Positions 19,844-32,138 of a stretch of DNA of 64,000 bases are shown here, one piece after another. Under the pieces are notes generated by a model that did no database searches, was not told the origin of the DNA, and saw only the letters and a list, made by a program, of their open reading frames with translations. Each line of letters opens with the position of its first letter. The stretch's first letter is position 1. The DNA comes from Mantamonas sphyraenae STR306 (Eukaryota > Protista > CRuMs). The DNA is taken from the NCBI GenBank assembly GCA_026936335.1, contig JAPMXV010000044.1, positions 1-64,000 of the forward strand, written 5' to 3'. Made by a program: the position numbers and the translations under genes.

Positions 19844-22800
19844 ATGTCGATTCTGAAGTGTCAGCACCATAGCTGCAACAACGAGACAGTGCTCATGGTG
19901 TGCTGGGTAACGTCAGCCCCATCTCACGTGTCGCTGGTGTGTCCGACCTGTGTGGCCGACAACGAGTCGATTTCCCTGTACACACCGCGAACAAGACTAC
20001 CTGCAAATCTGGGCGAGCCCGAAGGTGACATGCAAGGGTACGCCAACGTCAACGGTGTCAACCCCGCGAAGGTGGCATGCTGGGTGTCGTCCTATGCCAC
20101 CGCCGTGCGCGCCTCTCCACCTCTGCGAACGTCCATGTGCAAGTACCTTCTCGCATGGCTGGAGGTAATGACAGGCGGGAACGACCCGACCCAGTTGGGG
20201 CCTGAGCCTGGGGAGCAAGGTAAGCTCAAACCGCACTCAATCCCGCTGACAGGAGAGTGGAGATTGCTCACCCGCCCTCTTTGCGCCGGCACACACAGAC
20301 CCCAGCGTCGTCAACACGGCCCTTCTGCGGCAGACCTGGTGCATGGCCATGTTCTGTGACGACGACATGTATGCCGTGGCCTGCAACGATCTCTTCCTTG
20401 CCGCTACAGTGCTGGCAGGCGGCGACGACCTGTGGGGTGACTCGGCAGATTTCCATCACAGCCTCGAGGTCGCATTCGGCTCTGACTTCCCCATCCAGAT
20501 GTTGCATGGTGGTACCCCCCCGCCAGCGGACGCCGCAGGGGTTGCAAAGCTCGCCATGCAAGACGCACTCCAGCAGCGTGTGGGCGAGAGCCTGCAGGAG
20601 CAAGAGCAGCAAGTGCCCTTCGGGGTGCTCTGTTTCCAAGGGGAGCACTACACGGCATGGCTTCCACTGGCGGAAGGGAAATTCCGTGTGTACAATGACC
20701 TTGCGCAGCAGCTGACTGACGAGGAGTGGCCCGCGCCTGAGCGTGCGCCCACGGGTTTCAGGCTGGTCTTTCTCAAGTCTCAACCGGAAGAGGAGTGGCG
20801 GTTGCCGTCTGCCATGGGCACCGTGGCTCTCGACAACAAATCAAACGTGTTCCGCAAGCCCATGGCCATCAGGGGCCCGCGAGTTGTGATGCAGAGCAAG
20901 GAGAGCTCCACCTCAGCTGCTGGAAGGCGTTTGTACGCGCACGCTGCACGGGCTCGAGGGACAACGCCAGCGCCTCAAGGACGGCCACCTTCGACCCGGG
21001 TGCAGGTTGCTGGGTCAACCGCATCTGTGCGTGGGCTCCGTTTCAACCGTGTGCCCGCTACGCAGACATCGGCAGCAGGGCAGCTGACACAGCTTCCGAC
21101 TTCAGCCGGCGACAAGACGCCAGTGACCGCCAAGTGTCTGGACGTGTTGAACGACAACTGGCAACCCCCACCTTTGGCTGACTCTGCTGTCAACGAGGGC
21201 GTGGAGGGTGGTGTGCAGCGTGGCGTCGCTGGGTCGGGGGGAACCCGCCTTGCCGCAGTGTACGTTGGCCTCAGCAGCCTCGCCGCTCGCTACTTGCACC
21301 TCTCCGACCATACCATCACGCATCCCGCCACGTTCACCTCTGCCTGGCAATGGGTCACCACGATCCTCGACACTGTGTTGCCCAGATTGAGCAAGCTGTT
21401 CTCGACTCGCACGGTTGTGGTTGTGGACGACGTCGTGTCCACAGCCGCACTGTTTGCAGGTCGAGCCACGCCAGCCGAGCTGCAACGCTTCTACCAGCAA
21501 CTGAGTGCAGCTGCGTCCCAGGACACCTTCTCCAACGCCAAGCAGCGAGCGTTCGCCGCTCGTGCCACTGTCACCACCCTGGCGCCAGTGATGCGCGACT
21601 ACCTTGCTGCCCATCAAGTGGCAACGATGTCACTGGACGAGTTCGTCAGCAACCAGGCCGTCAGAAATAAGGCCGTCAGAAAGCAGGCCGCCAAAAACCA
21701 GGTCAAGGCCGAGGACGATATCGTTCTGTGCCACCGCGAGGGGCGTCTCATGGCTGGCCTCGCACTCCATGGGTCAGCTCCGGGGCTGCGGGTTGTCAAC
21801 ATCTTCAACGCCCATGTGGTGGACACGAAGGAAGTGCACGCCCAAGCGACGTCATGGAAACTGATAACCTGGGCCAAGGGAGTCAAGAAGAAGCCCAAAA
21901 AGGGGAAGACGACAAAGACCAAATCGCGAGGGAAAACATCGATCAAGAGTGACGACGAAAAGAAGGAAGAAGAGACTAAAGCGCTGAGGCAGCAGCTGCT
22001 CACGGTGGGTCTGGAGGAGACCGAACGTGACCATGGTCCGATGTCGGCCGTCGCCCTGGCGCAAGCAGTCTGCCAGCGGCTTGGAGGAGTGCATGGTCTC
22101 GATCATCAACGCGCGCAGACCGTGATGGAGTCGTTCAGTCGACTGTGTACGCGGGCGAAGGCGCAACCGCGCTCAGTGGAGGAGTTGGCACAAGCATTGG
22201 GCTTGACCGAGGTCAACATCACCTACAACCACAAGCCAGAGCTGAAGAACACCGATGACACCCGTATGCATATGGAGTACAAGCTCGGGCGTGGCCAGAG
22301 TGCACGGAAACGGAAGCTGCACGTGCAGGAGATGCCATTCCATCTCGCACAGGGCATTCACAAGGATGTTGCGAAGGCCATGGTGGGCCAGGAGGACGCC
22401 ACGGAGCCGGACGAGGAGGACTGTGCGGTGCCCTACCTGCTGACGGCGACTGAAGCCGAAATCGAGCAGCTTGTGGAGGAGATTCCCGCTGGCTTTGATG
22501 CATCTGTCTTCAAAAAGAACAAGGAGGAGTCACTCAGTTCCCGTGAGGCCGTTAAAAGGTGGACATCTGTTCCACGTGTGATCACAGCACGGCACGAGAA
22601 ACAACTTGCAGTACTCCTCCGAAAACATGGCCAGGTGCTACGCCCTCCTGCGACCCCATCATCAGCGACCCGTGCGGACCTATTCGAGGTGGCGCTCCAG
22701 ACAGGGGCAACAACAGAGGGCGAGACATTGACGCCGCTCAAGGATGCTTTTTATGACAAGGATGACGGGAAGGGAAGCCAGCGGGGGCGACCCGTCTGGA

Positions 22801-25800
22801 TCCCGCACGGTTTTGATTTCGCCACGCTGCGGCCTTCGGCCACGGCGATCAGGGAGCACGACTTTGTTGAGTACCAGAGCGATCTCAAGAAGAATCTGAA
22901 GCTGGAGGCGAACGTGCGTGGGCTGGGAAAGAGCGAGGCTGACGTGCTTGGAGCGTTGGCGGACTGTATGCTCGTGCAAACAGCCTTGCTTCGAGCATGG
23001 TTCGTCGACCAGGTGATTCCAGAGGTGAAAAAGGACCCAACTGCATGGTTCACTGCGCCTGATGGACGTCAGCAATCGGTGGATGGCAGCGACGAGCAGG
23101 AGGAGGCGGAGCTGGATGAGTCGGAGCTGGATGAGTCGGAGCTGGATGAGGCGGAGCTGGATGAGGCGGAGCTGGATGAGGCGGAGCTGGATGAGGCGGA
23201 GCTGCCAACAGAGGATCAGACGATGATTGACGGGATGGTGGTCGACGGGATGGTGGAAGATCACAGCCGCGTGAAGCCCTTCTACCTGCTCGAAGCGTTC
23301 ACGGCCCTGCGCACAGTGGCGACGCACAACCTCAAGGTACTCAAGGAGAACGTGGACACCCCAGAGGAGCTCAAGTCTGTACGATTTACCAGGAACGGGA
23401 TACAGAAGGCGGGCGATGGTCAACATGGTTTCGACTTTTCCTTCATGGTCACGCGTCTGAAGGTGGATCTTTCGGAGGCGCCCGTGTCGAGCATGGCCAA
23501 TGACATCGCTCGTGCCTTCAATGGCAGCCTGCAGTCGGCCATCTCCTTGTGTGCCTACCCGATGATCGTGGCGCTGATGAGGAACGGGGCGCCCAGCGAG
23601 CTGCCCATGTCCGCCATCGTGGCCAGCGTCGCCGCGCTCATGCGTCAAAGCTATGCAAAGACCAAGAAGGCGTTCCAAACCCACCAGGTGTCGACAAAGG
23701 ACACACGTGACTTTGTGTTCTCTCAGCCCATCCACAAGGCCACAAAGGCTGCTGCCGCGGCTGCTGCTCACTCTTCAGTGGAGGTCCAGGGGCCCTCCAT
23801 GGATGTGCAGGAGTCCTCCATGGATGTGCTGCCCTCTGTGGATGTGGAGTCATCCATGGATGTGCAGGAGTCCTCCGTGGATGTGCTGCCCTCTGTGGAT
23901 GTGGAGTCATCCATGGATGTGCAGGAGTCCTCCGTGGATGTGCTGCCCTCTGTGGATGTGGAGTCATCCATGGATGTGCAGGAGTCCTCCGTGGATGTGC
24001 TGCCCTCTGTGGATGTGGAGTCATCCATGGATGTGCAGGAGTCCTCCGTGGATGTGCTGCCCTCTGTGGATGTGGAGTCATCCATGGATGTGCAGGAGTC
24101 CTCCGTGGATGTGCTGCCCTCTGTGGATGTGGAGTCATCCATGGATGTGCAGGAGTCCTCCGTGGATGTGCTGCCCTCTGTGGATGTGGAGTCATCCATG
24201 GATGTGCAGGAGTCCTCCGTGGATGTGCTGCCCTCTGTGGATGTGGAGTCATCCATGGATGTGCAGGAGTCCTCCGTGGATGCGCAGCTCTCTGTGGATG
24301 CGCAGCGCTCACAAGGTGTACCTCCATGGGACCCGTACGAGGAGGTGTGCGCAAGTCTCTCGGATCAACTCGGCAAGCACGTGCGTGGCAAACGGGACGC
24401 GTTGTCTGTGCTGTTGGATGTGATGCTCAAGCCCGACCTGAAGACCAATCTCAAAAGCACACAAGCAAAGCGCGCCATTGCATCGACAGCAGCATCATTG
24501 GACTGTGTTGACGCGATGTTTCCCGGTCCGGTTGACATTGGCGGCCAGTTCGTCTTCGGCGCGTACTCCGTCAAGACGTACGCGTTTAAGATCTTTGTGA
24601 ACACCATGGAAGCAAGGTGGAAAGCCCATGGAAAGCCGAACGGGAATGCCAACCCAGATGACCCCCAAGACGCCAACCCGGACGCCAACCCGGACGCCAA
24701 CCCGGACGCCAACCCAAACGACCCCCCAGACGCAAACCCGAACGCCAAGTCGGACGCCAATCCGGGTTGGTGGAATGCACTGAAAGAACGCGAGTGGGTT
24801 TTGACGGATGAGGCCATCCCGAGTCTCCCTAAATGGCTCAAGCAGGCAGTGTATCGGTGTCGGTATGCTCGTCGCATGCCAGAAAACAACAGTGACGAGG
24901 ATCTGCCCAACAAGCACTGGGCAGGGAAACGGCCGCTGCGAACAGTTCCCGTGAAGTCAATACTCATGCTCACGCGCGGCGTTGGCACGAAAAACGCAAG
25001 GTGCCTGCTGAAGAACGTCAGCGCCAGCAGCATGCGCATGCTCTCTGGTGGAATCGCCGCTCAGGGCAAGTACAGACGAGCGTTTGTGTTACAGCCACCA
25101 AGAGTTCACACTCTCCTGCCTTCACCGGCGAGCCTCGCAACATTGATCAGGCCAAGGATGGCTCATCTCCTGCCCCTTCTGCTGGACCCCAAGAAGAACG
25201 CGCTGATTGCCCTTGCCGTACTGAAGCCCACGGGCATGCCAGACACGTGGACGACCGAGATCAAGAAGATTGCTCCCGGTTTCCCGAAGTACCCCGTTCC
25301 GAAGCGTGGCTTGGTCGAGCAGGTCAAGGCCTTTGCCAAGAATGGATACGCAGTCCTTGAGCATGCACGCAAGGTGCTGTGGATCAGCATTGACCCTGGT
25401 CGTGGACGCGACTGGGTCGAGGCGATCTTTGTGCGGGACGGCCAGCTGTATGTGGCCACCTTGCCCCTGGACAGCCACGATGTGCAGGCACACAAGGCAG
25501 GGCAGGACCGAGTGCTGGCGTCGTACACGGACTTCAAGGAGGAGTACAAGCAACGTGTCTTCGGAAAAGATTTGCACAAGGATGCGAAGCACATGCGTGC
25601 GCAGTACGCAACGTTTCGCAAACGAAGGATGGCAGGCGTGCGTGAGATGATCTCCGTGATCCACAAGTTCCGCGCGCATCTGGGCCTGGAGCAGGTGATT
25701 GTGCTGCAGCCGACAAAGACGTTTGGCGGACGCGGGAAATCGCAGGAGATGCGGGAGATGCTGGCCAACCACTTTGTCGTCATTGCAGCAGACGAGAGGT

Positions 25801-26261
25801 ATACATCGCAGCAGTGCTTCTGTGGCAGCGCTGTCGACAACTTGGACGACTTTGGCGCTGAGAAGTTTGGGCGATGGCGGACGTGCAGCAGCCACTGCCT
25901 GTCGGACATCGACTCCAACATGTTTGACGCCACCAAGCAGCTCAAACGCTTTGCACAACGGCACGCATGCAAAGAGATGGAGGGCGAGGGTGAGCACAAC
26001 TTGCACCAGGCAGTTCAGAGAGACCGAGGCTCTGCACACTGCATCTTCTGGCGGCAGATGCTCTTCTTTGTCACAGGCGTCTGGATGGAGAAGCCAACAA
26101 AGAAAATCAAGGTGCAACGCAAGGCAGCAGACAAGGCAGGCGAGAGAAGCAAGAAGAGAAGAGATGAGGAAGTGGGGGAAGAAGAGGATTCGGGTGGGTC
26201 ACAACCACAACAGCATGCTCCCAAGCGACAAAGGGTACCAAGCGACGAAGGAGGCAAATGA
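19844..26261 (+). CDS. Giant Fanzor/TnpB-like RuvC nuclease (~2112 aa after splicing intron 20220-20298) with N-terminal USP-like protease motifs
   Basis: RuvC-I WISIDPG, RuvC-II AADERYTSQQCFC, CSSHC, RuvC-III RDRGSAHCI. A GTAAGC...CAG phase-1 intron joins ORF 19844 in frame to ORF 20343. Confidence 0.82.
23105..23203 (+). repeat. 15-bp coding tandem repeat (ELDE[AS])
   Basis: GAGCTGGATGAG(G/T)CG repeated about 6 times. Confidence 0.9.
23795..24300 (+). repeat. 57-bp coding minisatellite (ESSMDVQESSVDVLPSVDV), ~8-9 copies
   Basis: Near-identical in-frame units with no unique spacers. Confidence 0.95.
24648..24765 (+). repeat. 12-bp coding repeat (DANP)
   Basis: GACGCCAACCCG units. Confidence 0.85.
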
Positions 26262-26366
26262 TCGGCCTACAGATCCAAATCCACAGGCTTACCCATACTA
26301 CCTTGTCGCACCATGTGGTGCATCGACTAGCCGAAGGCCATGTGCACAGCCATGTGGCCAATACAA
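26262..26366 (+). ncRNA. Candidate omegaRNA scaffold of element 2
   Basis: TCGGC(C)TA 26262-26269 pairs with TAGCCGA 26328-26334 and encloses the GTCGCACCA-TG-TGGTGC(AT)CGAC hairpin. A second hairpin GGCCATGTG...CATGTGGCC lies at 26336-26359. Confidence 0.5.
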
Positions 26367-26391
26367 TACCCCGCTCGCGCCCCGCCCATCC

Positions 26392-27736
26392 TCAAAAATC
26401 AAGCTCCGCCGTCGATCCCCCCAAACTCCCACACGTCACCTCCTTCGCCGCCCGACTACTGCTCGCGCCGCTCTCCGCCTCGTTCTCCTTCTTTGCCGCT
26501 GCCGTCGCTGCACTTGTCGATCGCGACACCTCCGGAGGCAGATAAAACTTCTCAATCACCATCTTTCGCCGTTTCACACGGAACAGATGCTCCAGTGCCG
26601 CCGGTGCCTGCGCTCGAAGGCTGTTGAACACGGGTAGCTTCCTCACATACAGCATTCCTTGGTAGTCTTGGAACGGTTCAGCCACGCTTGCCCCTTCCTC
26701 GCTCGCAAAGCTCTTCAGCGACACCACCGCGTCTGCAAGCGCGTCCACTCGCCTCACAAACGACGCATCCAGTCCATCCACAGGCACACTCACCATCAGT
26801 GTCGCGTGCGAGCCCTCGCTCGACCGCAGCAGCCCACGCACCCCACGCAGAAACACAACCAACTCACGCTGCCGCTCGCTCTTGGCCATGTCACCCCACA
26901 GCACAGATCCAAACGAACCCACGCACAAACGCACCACTCTTGTTTTCGCCTCTCCGCCCCCTCGTCCTTTCCCCACCACCCCCTGCACCTCGTCTGCCAG
27001 CTCCCCAAAGAAGCCCTCCTCCCATGCCTCCTCCCGCAGTTGCCGTGCCCCAATTCCCTTCAGCCCTTCCACCTCCTCTTGCATCGTCCGGCTCAGGTCG
27101 TACGTGTGGCAGTACACTGCCCCTGAGGATGCCCCGCGCACAAGTCCCGCCCGCTTCCGTGCCTCCCGCTCTTCCGACGCCTTGACGTACTTTTCGTACT
27201 GCCACGCAATCTTCATCTCCTCCCCGCCATTCTTTGTCCCTCCGTCCTCCTCCACACCTTCTCCTTGTTGACTCTTCCCCTCCGCTTCCGCCGCTTCCGC
27301 CTCCGCTTCCGCCGCTTCTTCCAGCGTCACATTTCGTGGAAGCGAGCTCACCAACCGTCCAGCCGTGTGGAATGTGTCTCCGCTCACCATGTGCACCACC
27401 TGACCCTGGCTGGCCCCTTCGCTCAGGTAGTACTTCAACACATGGTTGTAAAAGTGCGTCTGTGTGTCCTCGTGCACAACCACCACGCTCCCCAGAGGCA
27501 CTCCCCCACCCAAGATCACTACACCATCCCATCGCCCTCCATGTCAGCACTCATTCTCCCATCTTGACACTCCTGTCATCCCCAACGCCCCTTCCCTCTC
27601 ACCCACAGTCCAGATCAGGCAGCCCGCTCGACGTCAACACCGTCCCGTTGTGCACAGACACCTTGGTTCCCTTTGGCAACGCAGGCCCCTTTACTTTACG
27701 CGTGAACGACGACCGCTTCTTCCCTCGCTGACTCAT
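26392..27736 (-). CDS. ELP4: Elongator complex subunit Elp4, spliced
   Basis: STSSGLPDLD|ILGGGVPLGS, MKIAWQY, YCHTYDLSR, FRVKRRKMVIEKFYLPP, ending ELDF. Confidence 0.9.
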
Positions 27737-27766
27737 CCCTTTCTGTGGTGCACCCACTCGCGCACC

Positions 27767-30700
27767 TCACTCCTCCCTCTTCCCCCACATCTCCCGCAGC
27801 TCCTGCACGTCTACATGCAACTCCACCGTGCTTTGCTGCACCTCCCGTATCTCATCCCTCATCGAAACCACTTCATCCAGCTGCCGTGCCACATGCCGCA
27901 ACAACTCAGCCTCCGTGCCTGCCAACCCACCGCCCACCGTCGCCGCCGTGCTGCCCCCGGCAGAGTTCCTCGACCATGACGACACCATCTTCCGCCCACG
28001 CATAAACGTCGGATATGCACTACGCGTAGACACCCCTTGGCCGTCCAGGCCCGTTCCGCCCACAAGGCTCTCGTTCCCCACATTCACCCGCTGGCCCACC
28101 GCCATCGGATTCGTCAACAACGCCAGGCTGCCTCGCCTCCCTCTAGATTGCCATCGACTCCGTGGCCCGTCCCCTACGCTTGTCCTTCGCTGCGACACAC
28201 TGCTGCGTCGTCGCCCCGCCTGCCCATCCAACTCCTCCACCTCCTCCTCTTCCGACCCGTCAGCCGACATCCCATGGTGATGCGTGTGGCTACGTACCAT
28301 AACATGCCCAGGGCTCTTCCGCTGCTCCATAGGACTCGGCGCTCGCTGGCCAATCTCGTGCCCGTGCAGCACCGCCTCCCCTACATCTCCCACGTGCAGC
28401 TCCGCCTTGCTTTTCCCCATACCCAACGACGAGCTTTTCCGCATGCTCGCCTCTTGAGCAACCGTCCCTCGCCCTTGGATCTTCTCCTGCCGGAGCTCGT
28501 ACTCTGTCCAAATCAGAAAAGTGCTCTCAAACTCCTTGATTTTGCTCGCCCTGTCCTGAGCCAGCAGCGCGTCCACCTCGTCTGTCACTCGGCTGTATGA
28601 GTCCGACAGCACAGCCACAATCAGCGAGCTCATGATCAGAAACGCAACCACGTAGAACAGCATAAACAGCAGCCGGTACACAAACCAGTTGATCGAGTCC
28701 AGACCCGCCACGTGCTCCGTGTCTCCGTACAGCATCTGCATCAAACTCATCATTGTGCGCGCAATCGTCGAGAACTGGAAGCTCACTGTCGAGAATGCCT
28801 GGAAAAACGCAAACGTAAACGCCGCCACAATGATGCCCAGCAGCAGCATAAAGTGAGCCACAAGCCGCAGCATCAGAAACAACGCCTGAATGATCGTGCC
28901 CGTCAGCCCGTTCCACCCGCTCATGTACTTCAGCAGCTTAAACAGCGCCACAAACAAACTGAACGAAAACGCACTCGACGACACACGCAGCGTCTCCGCC
29001 AGCGGCACCATGTTCACGTACTTGCCGCTTGGATATGCCTTCAGATCCAAGCTGTCCAGCGTGCTGCTGTACGCAAGCACCGTCGCCAGATACCACGACA
29101 CAACCAGGGGCACAACCAAATCCAACCGGTTCCACCAGTCGCTCCACCAGAACCGCACCCCTCGCGCTCCATACTCGTGCACCCAGCTCCAAATCTCCCT
29201 CATTTCCACCGCCAGCGCCGTAAACGCAATCACCAGCGTCAGGATCGACGTCGCCAGCAGCACCCCGGACGGACGCGTGCCCGTCGACTCGAATGAGAAC
29301 GACTTGCGCACAGATCCCGACGACGAAAACTCAAACAGGATGCGTGCAATCACCATCGTGTCCTGTGACGGGTCGTACACCGTAAAGTCCGCCATCACAG
29401 CCATCGTGTACCTGTCGATCCAGTGTTCTCGCTCCAGCTCCTGCAGCCGTGACATCACCCCGGCTTCCGTGTCCATCACCACCAATTGCGTAAACGCCAG
29501 AGGCGAGTAGATAAGAAATTCCCCCTGGTACGAGCTCTCCATGTTGCCAAACGGCCCGCCCAGCACCTCGGTGTCTCGCGAGAATGTCGTGTTTCCCGAC
29601 GCCGACTTGAACGATGTCGTGTTCGACGTCACAGATACGCCTGCATACTCCATGTACCGCTCAAACGTCGACACCTCATTCCTCCGCCGGTGCTGCCTCA
29701 GCCGCACCGTGTTGCCCAACAACCGCCGGAACGGCATCAGGTGTGTCGCATTCGTCGGAATCAGCGTCGATGCCAGTGGTCCTGCACACCACTGCCAAAA
29801 GTCCGAAGGCACCTGCACGTCCACGCTCGATTCCGACACCGTCGGCCGCATCACTGCGTTCGTCAGCTCAAACAGCGACACCCGCCGGTTCTCACCCGTT
29901 GCCACCATCAGCAGCAGGATCATCAGCAGGTACGTCACCAGCGCCATCGTGTTGAATTTGAGCGCCGTGTGCGGCAGAAACCCGAGCAGTCCCGATCGGT
30001 GCGGTGCACCCACGTGTGATCCGTGCGTGTACCACCGCGCAATCACTGCCTGCACGTGCCGCGACGTGAAAAAGTCCGTCTGGTCCGACCCTAAATACAA
30101 TGCCGTCGACAGCACCGACTTGCCGTCATGGTTGCGTCTGTTCATCAGGGCCACGCACTGTGCAAACGACTGCCGCTCAAGCAGCAAGTCCACAGTCTCC
30201 GATGGGTGCTGCTGCATCGCGCATGTGTGCAGAGGAGTGTTGCCCTTGTCGTCCGTACAATCCAGGCGCGGCGATGCCACAAGCAGGTGCCGAACCATGC
30301 TCACGCTTCCGTGTTCCACGGCGACGTGCAGCGGCGTCTTCCCTCCGTACAGCTCTCCCGTGCTGTCGATGATCCGCTCGTCCAGCTCCAGCCCAGCCAT
30401 AACCTCCAGCATATACGTCGCGTCGTAGACAGCTGCCACATGCAGCAACGACCCCGCTTGCGCTGTGTGCACCGAAAACACAGACCGCCCGTACCTCTCT
30501 GCAAGCGCCTGTATCGTCGACAGCGGCGCGCTACGACATGCCAGGTGCATGGGCGTCGTGCCAAACCCGTTTGTCCCTCGCAGCAGGTTCACCACAGCCT
30601 CCTCTGTCGGCGCTTGCTCCGAAAGCATCCCCAAAATGTTCAGCTGCTCTTTTGCAAACGCCGGGCCCCCAACCGTTGTGAAAAGGTCGTGCCACGGCGT

Positions 30701-31922
30701 GTTGCCAAACTTGTCCCGTGCTTGGTGGAGATGCGGAGCCTTGCGCAAGCAGCGTCGCACCACGCTCACGTGAAAGTGTGCACACGCGTAGTGCAACACA
30801 GACTTCCCCGTGCCCAGCTCTCGCACAGCCCATCGTTCCTCCCTCGCCATCTCCAGCCGGTCCATAATAAACTCAAACACATCTACCATCTGCCACTCCA
30901 GTGCCAGGAACATGCACTGAATCTTTACCTCTTCCTCGCTCAGCGTGTCCACGTCCCACTCCTCGCTCGCCCCAGCCGGCACCGACGGCGTGTACTCCCC
31001 ATCCTCCAGATGACTGTGTGTGCGTGCGTCCGTGTGAGTGCGTGCGCCCGTGTTCGCCCTGTGTCAGCTTCATATGTGCCCGCGATCCGACACACGCCTC
31101 CAGAACACGGCGAAAGAAAAAAACGCACTGTGGCAGCTCCGTCGCCTGCAGTTCCTCCGACGCCATCCTCCACATCTGTGGCGTAAACACGTTGCCCTGC
31201 TGTCCCTCCATCATGGCAAGCAATTCCATCACCATGCCCTGTCCCATCGACCGCCCATACGTGTACGGCAGATCACCTTTGTGCCTCAACATTGCCTCGC
31301 GAACAAGCTCGCCTTGCTGCCCTGCGTCCATCGCCTCTATCCGCTCCCGCACCTGCTCCAGCGCCTCCAGATCACCATGACGCACCACGTTCAGCACGCC
31401 CACGTCCACAAACGCCCGCTTCCATCGCGCATTCGCCCCCCGCCCCTGGCTCCCCTGCAACTTTTGTTCACTTCCGCGCAACGTGTCTGTGCCTTCTCGT
31501 TCGGCCCCGTCCATTGATCCTGGATGCACCCGTTTTCCCTTGGCCGCCCACCCGCCTTTCTCTCGCTCGCCTGTTGACCCTCTTCCCCTCCGCTGGCCTT
31601 GCTCTTCGTCCTCCGATTCCGAAGACGCTTCTTCCTCAAAACCCGACTTCCTTCCATCCCCTGGCCGCCGCCTCCTCCTCCCCACCTTCTGCACGCCTTT
31701 CCGCCCCGACGGCCCCTTTACCGAGTCGATGCTCATGATCGTTGCCATCTCTGCAGACTCTGCTTCGCTTGCATCCGAGCTGCTTTCAAGCATTCCTCCT
31801 CTTGGCCTCCAGAGTTCTTTTTCCTGCCCTCGCGCTCCTGCCCATTCCCGACGCAATCCAAACCCCGCCACACACGATCCTACCCACCTCCCACTCATCC
31901 CCGACGCAGCACCCATCTTCAT
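27767..31922 (-). CDS. Ankyrin-repeat polycystin-2/TRP-like cation channel, spliced
   Basis: Ankyrin repeats (GNTPWH, GTTPMHLAC, GKTPLHVAV, GNTPLH), PKD TOP-like segment (RLRQHR, WIDRYT..V.ADFTVY), WNRLD, KLLKY, six TM segments and a pore. Probable upstream exon within ORF 30873-31922; 5' end uncertain. Confidence 0.8.
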
Positions 31923-32138
31923 TCCCCGTTTCCCATCCCTTCACCACCCTCACGTCCCCGCCCCATTCCACTGCGCCACCGCAACCACCATCATCAACAT
32001 GTTCGTCCCCATTCCAATGTTTCCCCTCCCACCACAACCCAACCAACACCCCACCGACGCCCCACCAACACGGACCTCCCTTCCCGTCCTCGCTGACACT
32101 CGATCCCTCCCGCCCCCCGCACAACCTCCACCAGGGAC

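Larger units (their letters stand above)
17467..26366 (+). mobile_element. Element 2: IS630/Tc1-like element encoding a transposase and a second giant Fanzor-like gene (boundaries tentative)
   Basis: Fills the space between element 1 and the Elp4 stop. The only terminal symmetry found is TA|TTGT...ACAA|TA. Confidence 0.55.

Noticed and set aside
23795-24300. Possible CRISPR-like or guide array near a RuvC gene
   Set aside because: The units are identical end to end with no unique spacers, and they lie in frame within the CDS; this is a minisatellite.
11803-26261. Cas12/CRISPR locus or bacterial contamination
   Set aside because: There is no array and no cas1/cas2. The genes have spliceosomal introns and sit among eukaryotic genes on a telomere-bearing contig.
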